Source: Octopus vulgaris (Eukaryota). From it: DNA of 64,000 nucleotides. Positions 1 through 13,079 of the stretch are shown here, piece after piece. The stretch lies in assembly GCA_951406725.2 (NCBI GenBank), contig OX597817.1, forward strand, positions 31,248,001 through 31,312,000, read 5' to 3'. Position 1 is the first letter of the stretch. Every line of letters starts with the position of its first letter. Both the position numbers and the translations under genes were made by a program. A model generated the notes under the pieces. That model saw only the letters and a list, made by a program, of their open reading frames with translations, searched no databases and had not been told where the DNA came from.

Positions 1-141
1 TTAGTTTTGAATTATGACATTGGGCTATGTGTGTGTCAAGTTTCATCAGAATCGGTTGAAAGCCGTGGTCAGGGTGAGGGTACAACATAACAGACACACA
101 GAAACACACACAGACAAACTGCCGTTTATATATAGAGAGAT
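1..141 (-). mobile_element. Terminus of a non-autonomous Helitron/Helentron-like repeat, cut by the window edge
   Basis: aagtttcatcagaatcggttgaaagccgt, an (ACAG/CA)-rich tract and tttatatatagagagat resemble the ends of Lep1/DINE-type rolling-circle repeats; pattern recognition only. Confidence 0.5.
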
Positions 142-199
142 TAAGGCACCTAAATAACAATATTATAATATAACAATATTATAGATAAAAGTGGATATC

Positions 200-2800
200 T
201 CTAAATCAAAGATAATTCATCTAAAATGGAACACAAAAAAATTATTGAAAATTGGATATGTCTAAAATATAAATTAAACGGTCTTGGGGTGTATAGAAAA
301 TTCAGATTTCGTTATCTGACTTGGAGAAAATTCTAATAAATATCGTTCATCAGATGGGTTTTGGAATCACTGGATTTCAGCAAAACTCTGCAGCAATGTC
401 TACAGACACCAAAACAATCTGAATGGGTGTTCAAATAAGCTTTATATGGTTTGCAGAGTGTAATATTATAGCCTTCTAAGTGATACATGGTGTATTTGTC
501 AGTTCTATTAATAGTCTACGTTTTTCTCTAATTCTTTATTTAATTGTGTAGTCAGTGTCTTTATGTTGCCATTCATATTTTGATTAAAAAAATATTTTTA
601 TCGAAATTTATTTTTCGCTTTATTTCCGAGGTAGTAAAATTAGTATATCTTTATTCGAATACTTCTTCAACCATTCTGATTATTTTGTTTCAGTTTTCCT
701 GTTCTTGTTTTAAATTTGACTTCTGCTCCATTCATTGCTGCCTCGATATTATAGTCATGATTAAAGAGGTATATAATTTTGCTGTTGCGATTTCATTCAT
801 CAACTACTAATACCGTCTGTTTAGTGGTTAAATTACTTTTAATGTATACTGTATGTAACTTTCAAGCAGTTTATGGAAAGCGTTATACGAGCTCAAGTAA
901 TCTCTTGTTTATTTTGGGTTTTAAATGACTGGTGAAACAGATAATATTGCGGGGCTTATTTGTAGATATTTTTAGGAATATAGTTAGTCATAGTTTTCAA
1001 GCAAAAGTGCTATCATAATAGTTTGCTGTAGTATCAGAGATCTATTTGCAAAAAGAAGGGGTTAGAGTTTTATGAATTACATTTCTAAAAATACTTGACG
1101 GATAACAAGTATCTTTATTAACAGATATTCCTCTTCAAAATGTTAGTTGAAGGCTTTATGCATGTAAATGTTAAGCCTTGAGTGATATCTAAGACGTTAG
1201 TTGTTCTTAGATTAGTATTAATCGTGGTTCCTAGTCCTAACAGACTGGAATTGCTTAAATCTTTTCTAACCTTATCTGAGATGTATCCACTGGCGTAAGT
1301 GGATACGTCTAATCTATCATCTCGATAAAAATTAATATTGAAGCTATTGAAATTTTCTTTCAAAGCATCACATAAATATAAGCTGAGATGGCATGCATCT
1401 ACGCTCTTACTTGACTCCTATACTCACATTCAAAGTGAGAAGGCTTCATTATCTAGACATAGGATTTATCTGATTGCAATGTTTTTTTCTGATATGAGTT
1501 ATCCCTACATCTCTTTTAACTGTATCACAATATCTTTTCGTTGCGTGTTCTAAAACCTTCTTGAGTCGAAATCAACAATGTCAAAGTGCATAAATCTAGA
1601 ATTACATTATCGCTAACCCTCTTGAACAACACGATGACAGTGTTACAATCAACCAACTCCTGTAAGTTAGTCACTTCCTGATTTTTTTTTCAATCGTCTT
1701 CTCTATAAACTTTTTACTGATTAGCCCTATAACTGTTTTGGCTGACTTTATTGCTTTAAAGCTACGGTTAACATTTAAAAACATCATTTTGTCATCCTTG
1801 ACTGTAACAAATGCTTCTCGTTTAGGTGGCCATGCGATCCTATTATTTAATCCTATTTCCTTTTTTTACATGTTTAGCTTCTAGATTAATGCCATTACAT
1901 GTTAACACGGCATTTTTACAAGTATTTTCTTATAAGTAACAATTGCAGCGTGGAAGGTGTTTATAAGCCATTTAAGAAATACACAAAAATCGTTAGATTC
2001 ACTTCAACTTTTAAATTTAATTTGTCAAAATATTTTCGTCGCTTTGAGACCGCGACCTGTTCACTGACAAAATTCTGTGTTTTGTCAGTGAACAGGTTGC
2101 GGTCTCAAAGCGATGAAAACATTTTGACAAAGTAAATTTAAACGTGGAAGTGAATCTAACGATTTTTGTGTGTTTCTTAAATGGCTTATAAACACCTTCA
2201 ACGCTGCAATTTTTTAGTTCCAGCACACGATCTCAGATCAGGTCACTTGCTATGCAAGTACATCTCCGTAATTTCTTATAATTATTTTAGGCATTATCTT
2301 CATATGTTTTTGTATATAATATAGGAGTTATTTTATGTCGGTTATCAATTTTGTCGGAAAATATGAACGTAAGTTTTGGATGCCGTTTTTGTAGTCATAG
2401 AATTTTATATTCAACGTCAAATTCATTACATTGGAAGAGACTGATTATTATTTTCTGGAGTTAGAGTTCTTTTGAAGAAGTATTATTAGTGTTGAAGATA
2501 ATAGGAATAAGACCTCATATACTTGAACATTTTCCAGTAGTCTCGTTAAATAAACGGTAGAATAATGTTGGATCTCCATTAGTTTTCTTATCTCGCTGCA
2601 CTTTTTCTTCTATTCTTTCTTGCTCGTATTTCTCCTCCCCTCTTCCTTGTAAAATGGATTGGCTGCATCTGTATAAAAAAAATTATTATTTCAGATTACG
2701 TGATTATATTTCTCTTTTAAATTTTAAGTTCCATTGCCTTTTTCTCTTCATTATGTTTTTTTCTTTTTTGTAAAACACAACATAATACAATATTTTACTT
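200..2800 (-). mobile_element. Decayed Penelope-like retroelement (RT pseudogene)
   Basis: Minus-strand remnants KREAFVTVKDDK (~1800-1830), FDIVDF (~1570-1590) and FYRDD...TTNVLDIT (ORF 1118-1363), with many stops and frameshifts; CTGATGA motif near the 3' end (~347-353). Confidence 0.8.
1941..2211. repeat. Long inverted repeat: two 132-bp arms and a 7-nt loop, part of a short element (~1937-2270) inserted in the PLE
   Basis: 1941-2072 is the reverse complement of 2080-2211 with a few mismatches (ORFs 1899+ and 2017- mirror each other); tttcttataa occurs on both flanks as a possible TSD. Confidence 0.95.
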
Positions 2801-3107
2801 ATATGATATATGATGTATGATATATATATATATATACATGCTTTTTTTTTTCAACTTTTAAAATGTGTGTAATATTAGTGTTATTCTTGGTAACATACCA
2901 AATGAACTACTTTTTAAGTAGGGTACTTTAGCTTAATTCTAGCTAAATTTTATTCAAACTCTTTTACTGGTGTCACTCTTTATTGAGTGTATATATACAT
3001 GTGTGTATATATATATAAATATATATAGAGAGAGAGAGACAGAGAGACAGACAGATGAAGGCAGACAGGGAAACGGGGATGATGTAAGGGGAAAGAAAGC
3101 AGTCAAT

Positions 3108-3167
<60 letters not shown>

Positions 3168-3171
<4 letters not shown>

Positions 3172-4050
3172 ATTAATTAATAAGGGTGAGAGAATTAGAT
3201 ACTAATTTAATAGTATATCTATTCAACACCAAGTGGCCTAGTGCTCCGAGAAACCTGGATTATTATAATATTTTATAATATATTATAATATTTTTACAAA
3301 ATAAATATAAGAGAGTGGTCACTATATGGCTCACTCTAGCACCAGTTAATCCAAAAGGTTTCAACCACAAAAATACATGTTTCCCATGAAAGTCAGTACG
3401 ATTGTTAGCTCACACGGACAGGGCAAATAAAAAATAACAAAAATACAGATTATTTTGGGACAATTGTTTCGCTATTAATGAATTAAATGTAATTTTACTT
3501 ACAAAAAAATCCACTTGTAGCTCGTCAGCCAAAACTATCTGGATGAAATCCACTCAATCACACGCCAGATTTTACCATAACGATAAATACGCGTGTGGTT
3601 CAATTGATTACATCCGACGTTATAATTCAAATGCCACCAACTAACAGCGCGCCAAACTTTCACGGAAAACAAAGACTGCATTTAGAAATAAATGCAGCAT
3701 AATTATAATTAATTAATAAGGGTGAGAGAATTAGATACTAATTTAATAGTATATCTATTCAACACCAAGTGGCATAGTGCTCCGAGAAACCTGGATTATT
3801 ATAATATTTTATAATATATTATAATATTTTTACAAAATAAATATAAGCGAGTGGTCACTATATGGCTCACTCTAGCACCAGTTAATCCAAAAGGTTTCAA
3901 CCACAAAAATACATGTTTCCCATGAAAGTCAGTGTGAGCTAACAATCGTACTGACTTTCATGGGAAACATGTATTTTTGTGGTTGAAACCTTTTGGATTA
4001 ACTGGTGCTAGAGTGAGCCATATAGTGACCACTCTCTTATATTTATTTTA
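3168..4050 (-). mobile_element. Non-autonomous pLTR/retrozyme-like element: 536-bp unit, partial direct copy and inverted copy, embedded in (TA)n
   Basis: 3168-3397 is repeated at 3704-3933 (period 536); 3932-4050 is an inverted copy of ~3297-3415; (AT)n lies on both sides; there is no ORF; it contains an HHR. Confidence 0.85.
3446..3541 (-). ncRNA. Type I hammerhead ribozyme
   Basis: Minus strand reads CAGAUAGUUUUGG-CUGACGA-GCUA[long AU-rich loop]UAGC-GAA-AC AAUU GU-C|CCAAAAUAAUCUG. Stem I is 13 positions with one A.A mismatch and one G.U; the core is intact; GUC cleavage is predicted between 3459 and 3458. Confidence 0.88.
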
Positions 4051-4057
4051 TTTATTT

Positions 4058-4116
<59 letters not shown>

Positions 4117-4157
4117 TATACAATTTGTGTGTATGTGCATGTGTCTGTGCGTTTGTT

Positions 4158-4188
<31 letters not shown>

Positions 4189-4689
4189 GTGTTCATGCGT
4201 GGCTCGCAGTAAATTCATCGTGAACCAACATGCTTTTGGTAAATTGGTAAGTTCATGGTCGTGCCAAATCCATCGTCGATAAACTTACGTCATAATTTTC
4301 TTCACAGTGCTAATACATCGCGAAACATAATTTTAGAAATCCTGAAAAAGGAACAATCAAATAACACAATGTAACACATGCTTTGTTTATTTGTATTTTT
4401 TAATGTTCATATTTGCACTTTTTTTGCACTAAATTCAAAAATCACATTCGTTTTGACATAACATCGATAGTTATTTATTTATTCCTAATTACATATTTGC
4501 TCGTTATATTCGTAACTTTTCTCTACAGCGCTTTGTAGGTTCAATCTATTAGTACTTTTTCATATATTAAAAGGTATGTAGGAAGTATAATATTAGAACA
4601 AAAAGAAACAATAAAACTATGTACTGTAAATGCCTTGATAGCTCTTTTTTTTAAGATGAGCAGTGCTTGGACGATCGAGATTTTCTGTA

Positions 4690-5470
4690 GTGTATACCTT
4701 CATCTCTTCTGACTAGAGACCATTTATAATCTCCCATCATAGCAGTATCCCATCGTCCTTGGTATCTTCTTTCCATAGTTACGATGTCCTGATGAAATCT
4801 CTCACCATGATCCTCACTTCATGGCGTTTCCAGTACACAGATGTCTTGCAGTCTTCCCCCTGCAGATTTCATTCCTTCAACATTGATGAAAGAAGTTCAG
4901 TTCCTGACTTAGTAAGACCCAGATCCCTGATTAAATCATCTAGCTCACGCTCATTTGGAAACTGAGTCTCCGAAGTCGTTCTTGGTACGAAAGCTTCCTC
5001 CATTTCTTGGCTGCTGCTACTTGTTGACTCTTCAGATGAAATATTTTCTGGTGGTAGTGATACTCGTAAACTGTCATCATGTGGGACAGGTGCTCTAGAT
5101 GGTGGTATATCTGGATACTGAAGAGCTTGTCTTCCTTTCACTTTTCTGTATTTTGTCACATCGATCATACAAAAGTAACAGTCATCGTGATGGTTCTTTG
5201 GCTCTCTCCATAACCTTGGAATGGCAAAAGGCATTGACCTTCCTGTACCTCTTAACCATCCTTCTAGAGTAGATCGACAGTTTCGACATATCACATGTGG
5301 GGCCCATGGTTTGTCCTGGTCACCCATGGGCATTCCGAAATAGTCTGTACGCTATCCACAATTTGGCACCTTTCACGATCTTATGTAATACCTGCTTTTT
5401 TCCAATATAATAACCACACACATAGCGAAATGTATCTGGAGAATTTTTACATACTCTAGTAGCCATCCTG
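4690..5470 (-). mobile_element. Internally deleted Chapaev3-like (CMC superfamily) DNA transposase remnant
   Basis: N-terminal GDQDKPWAPHVICRNC...WREPKNHHDDCYFC (ORF 4869-5333) is joined almost directly to C-terminal SEDHGERFHQDIVTMERRYQGRWDTAMMGDY (~4720-4820); TIRs not resolved. Confidence 0.75.
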
Positions 5471-6051
5471 AAAGTAGCAGGACTTAGAATTTGGTCTGAA
5501 AGAGAAAATTAGACATACATTTAGTAGCGGAACATTACAACAATACCGAATATATAATAACATTGAAAGTCAACATATATTTTTAACCGTTGATGATACA
5601 CAAAAAATAATTTCATTTTTGGAATCAGCAGACAAAATGGATTGATAACAATAAAAAAAATACAATAAACAATTTTTTTTTTTTGAAAATTGATACGTTG
5701 TGTAATAAAACAATAATCAAAACTTATATCGCCGGTGCAGGATTCCAATATAAAAAAATGTTACAGCAAGAATTCAACTCTTTATCGGTATATATGAAAA
5801 TTGCAAATTATTGGATTATTTAAGTGATATCACTCATAATTCATTTGCGTTTTTAAAAAAAGTGCTTTTTTCTTCCATCAGTATAAAATGTGTTATCTTT
5901 TTTTCTGCATTTCTTTTCATAACTCCAGTTTTTAAAGTAACTTTGATTTTCTTATTTAATATGATATTGAGTAAATGTGATATTAATAATTTTTCTCATC
6001 GAATTTCTCATTTAATAATAAGGAAAAGTGATGGATTTATTGTACAGATAC

Positions 6052-6265
6052 TCTTTTTACTCTTTTACTCGTTTCAGTCATTTGACTGTGGCCATGCTGG
6101 AGAACCGCCATTAGTTGAGCAAATCGACCACATGACTTATTTTTTGTAAGCCTAGTACTTATTCTATCGGTCACTTTTGCCGAGCCGCTAAGTTACGGAG
6201 ACGTAAACACACAAGCATCGGTTGTCAAGCGATTTGGGGGACAAACGCAGACACACAAACATATT

Positions 6266-6311
<46 letters not shown>

Positions 6312-6476
6312 CGACGGGCTTCTTTCAGTTTCCGTCTACCAAATCCACTCATAAGGCTTTCGTCGGCTCGAGGCTATAGTAGAAGACACTTGCCCAAGGT
6401 GCCACACAGTGGGACTGAACCCGGAACCATGTGATTGGTAAGCAAGCTACTTACCACACACCCTCTCCTACGCCTA
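6052..6476 (-). mobile_element. tRNA-derived SINE family A (CORE-like, internal (TA)/(TG) tract)
   Basis: tRNA-like head with A/B boxes, ccttgggcaagtgtcttc core and ...cagcatggccacagtcaaatgactgaaac tail; multiple copies in the window. Confidence 0.9.
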
Positions 6477-6889
6477 TAAATAATTTTTAACGATGTTCTT
6501 ACTCTGCAGACAAAAGCTTGACGGTGTATTTGTCATAACGATCAATACTACGTGAAGTAATAATTTTTGCGATGAGATAACTAGGTGATGAATTATTCTT
6601 GACACCCATACATGTGTGTATTTGTGTGTGCGCGCACGCGCGTGTGCGTCTGTGTTCGTACGTACATATGTATGTATGCATTTAGTTGATAGATGAGAAT
6701 CAGATATTCTCCGTATAGAATACACTTAGTAATGCTCAAGAAGTTTAAACTTTAGCGAGTAGAGGAGTAAATGTAAGGACAAGGTCGAAATACTAAGAAT
6801 GTTAAATACATTACATACAAAGAAATGTATATATGTTTACATACAAAGAGGTTCGACTTACATAGAATAGAAATTATATCAAGAATTAA

Positions 6890-7820
6890 ATGGATTTAAG
6901 AAGAGTATTACAAATCCAACAGCTGTATCTGGGGGAGGGGTTGGTGGTCCAAAACAATGATTGTAAATTGATTCCATCGTCGGATGATACGAGCCTCCGT
7001 CTTCAGGGAAGAAATCTTACATTTGAGCTGTTAGCAGAAAGGAGATGTATATATGCATCTCATGTCGCTCAGAAGTGATACTAGTAAATTGCAGTCCGAA
7101 GCAAACAGTTACCTGATCGTGTTGTCGGCGACTAAACCAGATTTTCTACCAGATTGATGAGGGGGTTTGCTGGAAACCTATTGAAGTAACAGATGAAGGT
7201 AACGGCTATCTAACAGTTGTGCTGAAACAAACAAACAACTGTTAATGTAAACGAGTGCGCTGCTGGGAGCAGTGAAACCACAGTCCTTTTTAGAATATCT
7301 GTATAGAAGAAGGATACTTTGGTGTTAAACCTGAGGATCATTCAGATTCTAGTCGCGCCGGTCAATGTTGGGCCACCGAGAGGAAAGCTGGTCTATCTGA
7401 AAAGTAAGTGCAGTTCCGTGCACTCTTCTCTCATCAGAAGTTCACGCACAGGAACTTCTTGGAAAATATATTACGAAGACAGTCTTGTGGGGTTGGAGTA
7501 GTGTAACATACAGGTTTAACCATCAAAAGATATGTAATAGCAAACCTGTATGAAGGCGGCTTAGGATATTGGCCGCTCCTTTTCGAAAGTATAGCGATAA
7601 AAAGATTCAACATCATCACTAGTGATTGAGCAGCCCTTCCCAATGGTAACACTGTACACCTGTCAATTAGTAAGAACCTAGAAATGGTAGTCTAAATAAA
7701 GCATGTCTAGTTCTAGGATTGGTTAGCAACCATGGGTTGGTGAGGTAGTCCAACCTTTGCGGGCTCCCATGTTAGCAACCAAATAACTGAAAATTTTTGA
7801 AGAAACAGTCACCTTCAGAC
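6890..7820 (-). mobile_element. Probable decayed PLE fragment ending in a degenerate HHR-like pLTR motif (6912-7016)
   Basis: Minus strand CTGAAGA-CGGAGG...CCTCC...ac agct gt; a homologous motif lies at 41138-41240 (+). Confidence 0.45.
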
Positions 7821-7902
7821 ACGTATTGACTCTAACCTATGTATACGTGTATGTATGTGTATGTAAGTATGTATTTATATAGATAGGTAGATAGATAGAT
7901 AT

Positions 7903-7998
<96 letters not shown>

Positions 7999-8137
7999 GG
8001 TTGAGAAAGAGAAGGAAAAACATGTGTGGGAAGATTTAGATAGCAAGACTAACAGTAATTTACATATGTATACATTGATGCTCACATATATGTACGCTTT
8101 TACGTATGTATAAATGTGTGTGTATGTACATACACAG

Positions 8138-8189
<52 letters not shown>

Positions 8190-8190
8190 G

Positions 8191-8265
<75 letters not shown>

Positions 8266-8276
8266 GCATATATATA

Positions 8277-8314
<38 letters not shown>

Positions 8315-8389
8315 GTTACTATCTGAATTATCTCATGCTCAAGAACACTTTATTAAATCTGCTGTGTCATGCACTTTAACGACTTAGAT

Positions 8390-8900
8390 GCGTTTAATAT
8401 AGCAACGTACACTATTATGCATACGATACTTCTCTTCTTTTCTCATTAATCCTCCACTCACAGGTGTCATCCACATGCAGCTTAGATATCTCACTCCAAA
8501 TCTGCACTGCCTAAATGAACGGAGATCTCGAAAGCAATCTTGTTTCCTTGAATAGTACAAAGACACGATCATCGGCGCTATCAAATAAAAAAAATTGTGT
8601 ACCACTCTCCCTGAAAGCCGCTAAAACCCCTAAGTTTCAAAACTCTGGTTTTTGTCATTTTTTTGTATCCCAAGAAATATAATAGAGCTAATATCTGCTG
8701 GTACACCCAAAGGTACCAGCAGATTTCCTTTCCTTGGTAGTGATATCGAAAAAGATAGCACGTTGGATACGACAGACAGTAGAGAAGGAAGTGGTGCACT
8801 CCAGTATATTTTCTGAAAGCGAATTTTTGACATGGCTCAATAAGCAATTGTCAAACATGACCGTTACCATAACTGAGTAAGTATATACCCTAAATAGTCA
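8390..8900 (-). mobile_element. Decayed RT fragment, possibly PLE
   Basis: Minus-strand LHVDDT-like motif at ~8465-8490; otherwise fragmentary. Confidence 0.3.
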
Positions 8901-9016
8901 GAGTGATCTTGTACCTATAGTAGAAAGAATTATTATCATTACTTTTTCTTCTCCCTTCAATTTTGTTTCCATTTCTTGCCGAGTGTCTTCCCGAAAACGT
9001 AGGACAAAGAAACATA

Positions 9017-9170
9017 TTTCTTTATTGCCCACAAGGGGCTAAACATAGAGGGGACAAACAAGGACATACAAAGGGATTAAGTCGATTACATCGACCCCAG
9101 TGCGTAACTGGTACTTATTTAAGCTAAGCATTTCACCCAGCGTGCTAACGTTTCTGCCAGCTCGCCGCCT
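9017..9170 (-). mobile_element. SINE family B (Nin/Deu-like domain), internally deleted
   Basis: ggcggcgagctggcagaaacgttagcacg head fused to aagtaccagttacgcactggggtcg tail. Confidence 0.8.
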
Positions 9171-9384
9171 TTTGAGGATAAAGAAACTTACTGTAAACAT
9201 TAATAGACCATTGAAACAAACATAACAACTAGTTCATTTACAAAATCAAATAAAGTTATGTAAAAAAATATTGAAGTGGAAAATTATCATTCTTACTGTG
9301 ACAACGTTCTTCTCAATACCTTTGACGTACAAGTTAAAACATTATTTTGTACTTCTTACAAAGATGGTAAGACAAACATCGACA

Positions 9385-9582
9385 AGCTGGCAGAATGGTT
9401 AGCACGCCGGACAAAATGCTTAGCAGTATTTCGCCCGTCTTCATGAAGTGGGTTCAAATTCTAAAGACCTCGACTTTTCCTTTCATCCTTTCGCGGTCGA
9501 TAAAATAAGTACCAGTTGGTACTGAGGTCGGTGTAATCGACTTACCCCTCCCAAAATTGCTGGCCTTGTGCCAAAATTTGAA
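9385..9582 (+). mobile_element. SINE family B (Nin/Deu-like domain)
   Basis: agctggcagaatggttagcacgccgg head and tcgacttttcctttcatcctttcgcggtcgataaaataagtaccag domain. Confidence 0.85.
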
Positions 9583-9610
9583 ATTATAATAATAATAATT
9601 ATTATTTGTA

Positions 9611-10375
9611 AGGAGGGGAGCTGGCAGAAACGTTAGCACGCCGGGTGAAATGCTTTGTGGTATTTCGTCCGCCGCTGCGTTCTAAGTTAAAATTCCGCCG
9701 AGGTCGACTTTGCCTTTCATCCTTTCGGGGTCGATAAATTAAGTACCAGTTATGCACTGGGGTTGATATAATCGACATAATCCGTTTGTCTGTCCTTGTT
9801 CGTCCCCTCTGTGTTTAGCCCCTTGTCGGTAGTAAAGAAATAGGTATTTCGTCTGCCGCTACGTTCTGAGTTCAAATTCCGCCGAGGTTGACTTTGCCTT
9901 TCATCCTTTCGGGGTCGATAAATTAAGTACCAGTTACGCACTGGGGTTGATATAATCGACTTAATCCGTTTGTCTGTCCTTGTTTGTCCCCTCTGTGTTT
10001 AGCCCCTTGTCTGTAGTAAAGAAATAGGTATTTCGTCTGCTGCTACGTTCTGAGTTCAAATTCTGCCGAGGTCGAATTTGCCTTTCATCCTTTCGGGGTC
10101 GATTAAATAAGTACCAGTTACGCGCTGGAGTCGATATAATCGACTTAATCCGTATGTCTGTCCTTGTTTGTCCCCTGTATGCTTAGCCACTTGTGGGTAG
10201 TAAAGAAATATGTATTTCGTCTGCCACTACGTTCTGAGTTCAAATTCCGCCGAGGTCGATTTTGCCTTTCCCCTTTTCGGGGGTCGATGAAATAAGAACC
10301 AGTTACACAATGGCATCGATGTAATCGACTATCCCCCTTCTCCAAATATGTTCAAGCCTTGTACCTAGAGTAGAA
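9611..10375 (+). repeat. Family B SINE whose body is amplified into a ~181-bp tandem array (about 4 units)
   Basis: gtatttcgtc.gccgct.cgttct recurs at ~9660, 9844, 10028 and 10212; only one head is present, at 9611. Confidence 0.9.
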
Positions 10376-10477
10376 ATAATAATTATTAATACTCTTATTA
10401 TTTGTAGCAACAGTAGTAACGGTAGGGGGAAGGAGAATGGGCTAAAATAGGGAAAATATATCCTTCTTTCAACTTAA

Positions 10478-10735
10478 ATAAAATAAATGCACCCTTTTAA
10501 AGCCTAGCCAGGCTCATGGGCCCGGTTTCCCGGTTCCCATGGCGTATGTGTTCCCCAGCTGGATGGGACACCAGTCCATCGCAGCGTTACTCATTTTTGC
10601 CAGCTGAGTGGACTGGAGCAACGTGAAATGAAGTGTTTTGTTCAAGAACACAACGCGTCGCCCGGTCCAGGAATCGAAATCACAACCTTACGATCATGAT
10701 GCTGACACTCTAACCACTAAGCCACGCACCTCCAC
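10478..10735 (-). mobile_element. SINE family C (tRNA head with Meta/V-like body)
   Basis: gcgtggcttagtggttagagtg head, gttcttgaacaaaacacttc core, gcgatggactggtgtcccatccag body and (TTTA)n tail. Confidence 0.85.
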
Positions 10736-11767
10736 TCTTTCAGCTTATATCTTCTCTATTCAGTAGATTTTCAATCAAACACACAAATACACATTTTCAC
10801 TGTCTCGATCTCTTTCTCTCACTCTCGTTCCCCATCTCCCTCTCTCTTTCTCTCTCACCCTTTCACTTTCTTCCAAACGCATATTCTCCTCTTCCAAATT
10901 ATTTCGTTTCCAAATCATTAGCCTCAGTACAAACGAACACCCAAATAGACAAACACATAAATGGAGAAAGACATACATTACATCCCACACATACAAACAC
11001 ATAAAAACGACATCAGCCGAGAGATGGAAAGATATAAAACGAAGGGGAGAACGTAAACGACAGGGACCAAACGTGTATGTCCCAAGCTATGAGATGTAAA
11101 CTTAGGAGGGAACGTTTAATGATGATAAAGATACAATGAGCAATCATTTAGTAAAGGATTGCCTTTCTTCATTCTGGGCGTGTGCGGATTATTTTATCTA
11201 CATGTAATCAGAAAGACAAACTGCCAGATAAAACTGGTAATATAGGAAGTGTGCGTGAGTATATAAACGTGTGAGTATATAAAAGTGTGCGTGAGTATAT
11301 AAACACACATACACAAACATCACACACATACACACACGTATTTATTTATGCATGTATGTACAAAAATATATGTGACACAAGTCCTTTATTTCTTTAATTA
11401 CTTTTATCTGTCATGGACCAGACCATACTGGAGTACCACCATCATTTTTTTAATTACATTTTTACACATTTATCTATCTACAAACTGCCGAGTACCTATT
11501 TTTCCTTTCAGTGTATATTATATATATACACACACACTCGCGCGTGCACAGACATTTTTAATGCATACATGTGTATATATAAATGTATACATGCATGTAT
11601 GTACAATTCAATACGTACATATATATATAAACATATGCGTATGTGCATAAATATATATATATATATGTATGGATGGATGTGTATATATATACATATGTAT
11701 ATGTTGTGTGTGTACATATATATGTATAATATATATATATGAATAAATATATACATGTATGCATTCA

Positions 11768-11806
<39 letters not shown>

Positions 11807-11808
11807 GC

Positions 11809-11920
<112 letters not shown>

Positions 11921-13079
11921 GTATGTATACGTGTGCATATGTGAGTGTGTGTAAATTAATAATTAATGAACCAGTGAATATTTTGCATAATGAAATTGCT
12001 TAGCTATCACAGCAGTGCAGGATGGTTCATCTTGAACAGATATAAATAGAAATTTCAGCGATAGTCGTATTTTTATGTCTATATGGGAAAATTATTCAGA
12101 AACGACCTACTCAACACTTTCTGTGCAAAGAGAGATTGCATATATTCTCACAACCAATAAAGACTTCACTAAACGGAAAAATCTGATTAATATAGTTAGC
12201 TTCAATTAATTAACTATTAATGCAGTAACAAGAATTTCTTGACAGTAAGGTAAACATCAAGTTCTCTAACTATCGGCAAAAGAACAAATGTCGCTGTAGG
12301 CAACATCTCTGCCATAAAAAACAATCAATAGCTAGTTTTATAATGTGCTAACTAGACATAATAAAAGACATATAATAAATAAAGGATATATGATCTCGAA
12401 AATTTCTTATCAAATTCGTTTGTATGAATGCAAAAACTTTAACCACGGTACAATATTGATGATATGACTGCATATTCCATAGAGCACTCTTGCTACAGTT
12501 AAGTTTTAGCCGTAACCATTGGTTACAGTTAACCCATACACTAATTACAGAGTATCTATAGAATAATTTCGATTTGTCTTCCCTTTTTCTCATTTCTTCG
12601 GTGTTTTTGTTTGTTCGTTTTCTTATAATTATAGTTAATTGGCTTACTATCTTAATATGCTAGCACTTGTAGCACCGATATGACTATTTGCTTTGCAAGC
12701 AGATTTCCTTGGGCATTCTTCTCAGTCATTCTCCAGTAGTTGTAACAGGAGAGAAAAATGTATTTTTAAAAGGTCATAATAACATGCATGTGTAATATCA
12801 ACTTTTTTGGAGTGATTTAAGACTCTACTAGGTCACTCAATCTGCTGAAAATAGCAATCAAATCGCCTTCAAATTGAACACTACCTAATCAAAATAAAGA
12901 AAATGCATTGGATAATATAGATTTCGATACACCGGAAAGAGTTTTCTTTTATTTAGATCTAAACAACAAAAGCAACGACAAAATATTTTTAAACCAACCC
13001 ATTAACCTATATATAGATACCTGAATAGTTTAAATTCTCTAGAACGTGCAATACCTGATAAAAGAGGACAAAGGGTTGA

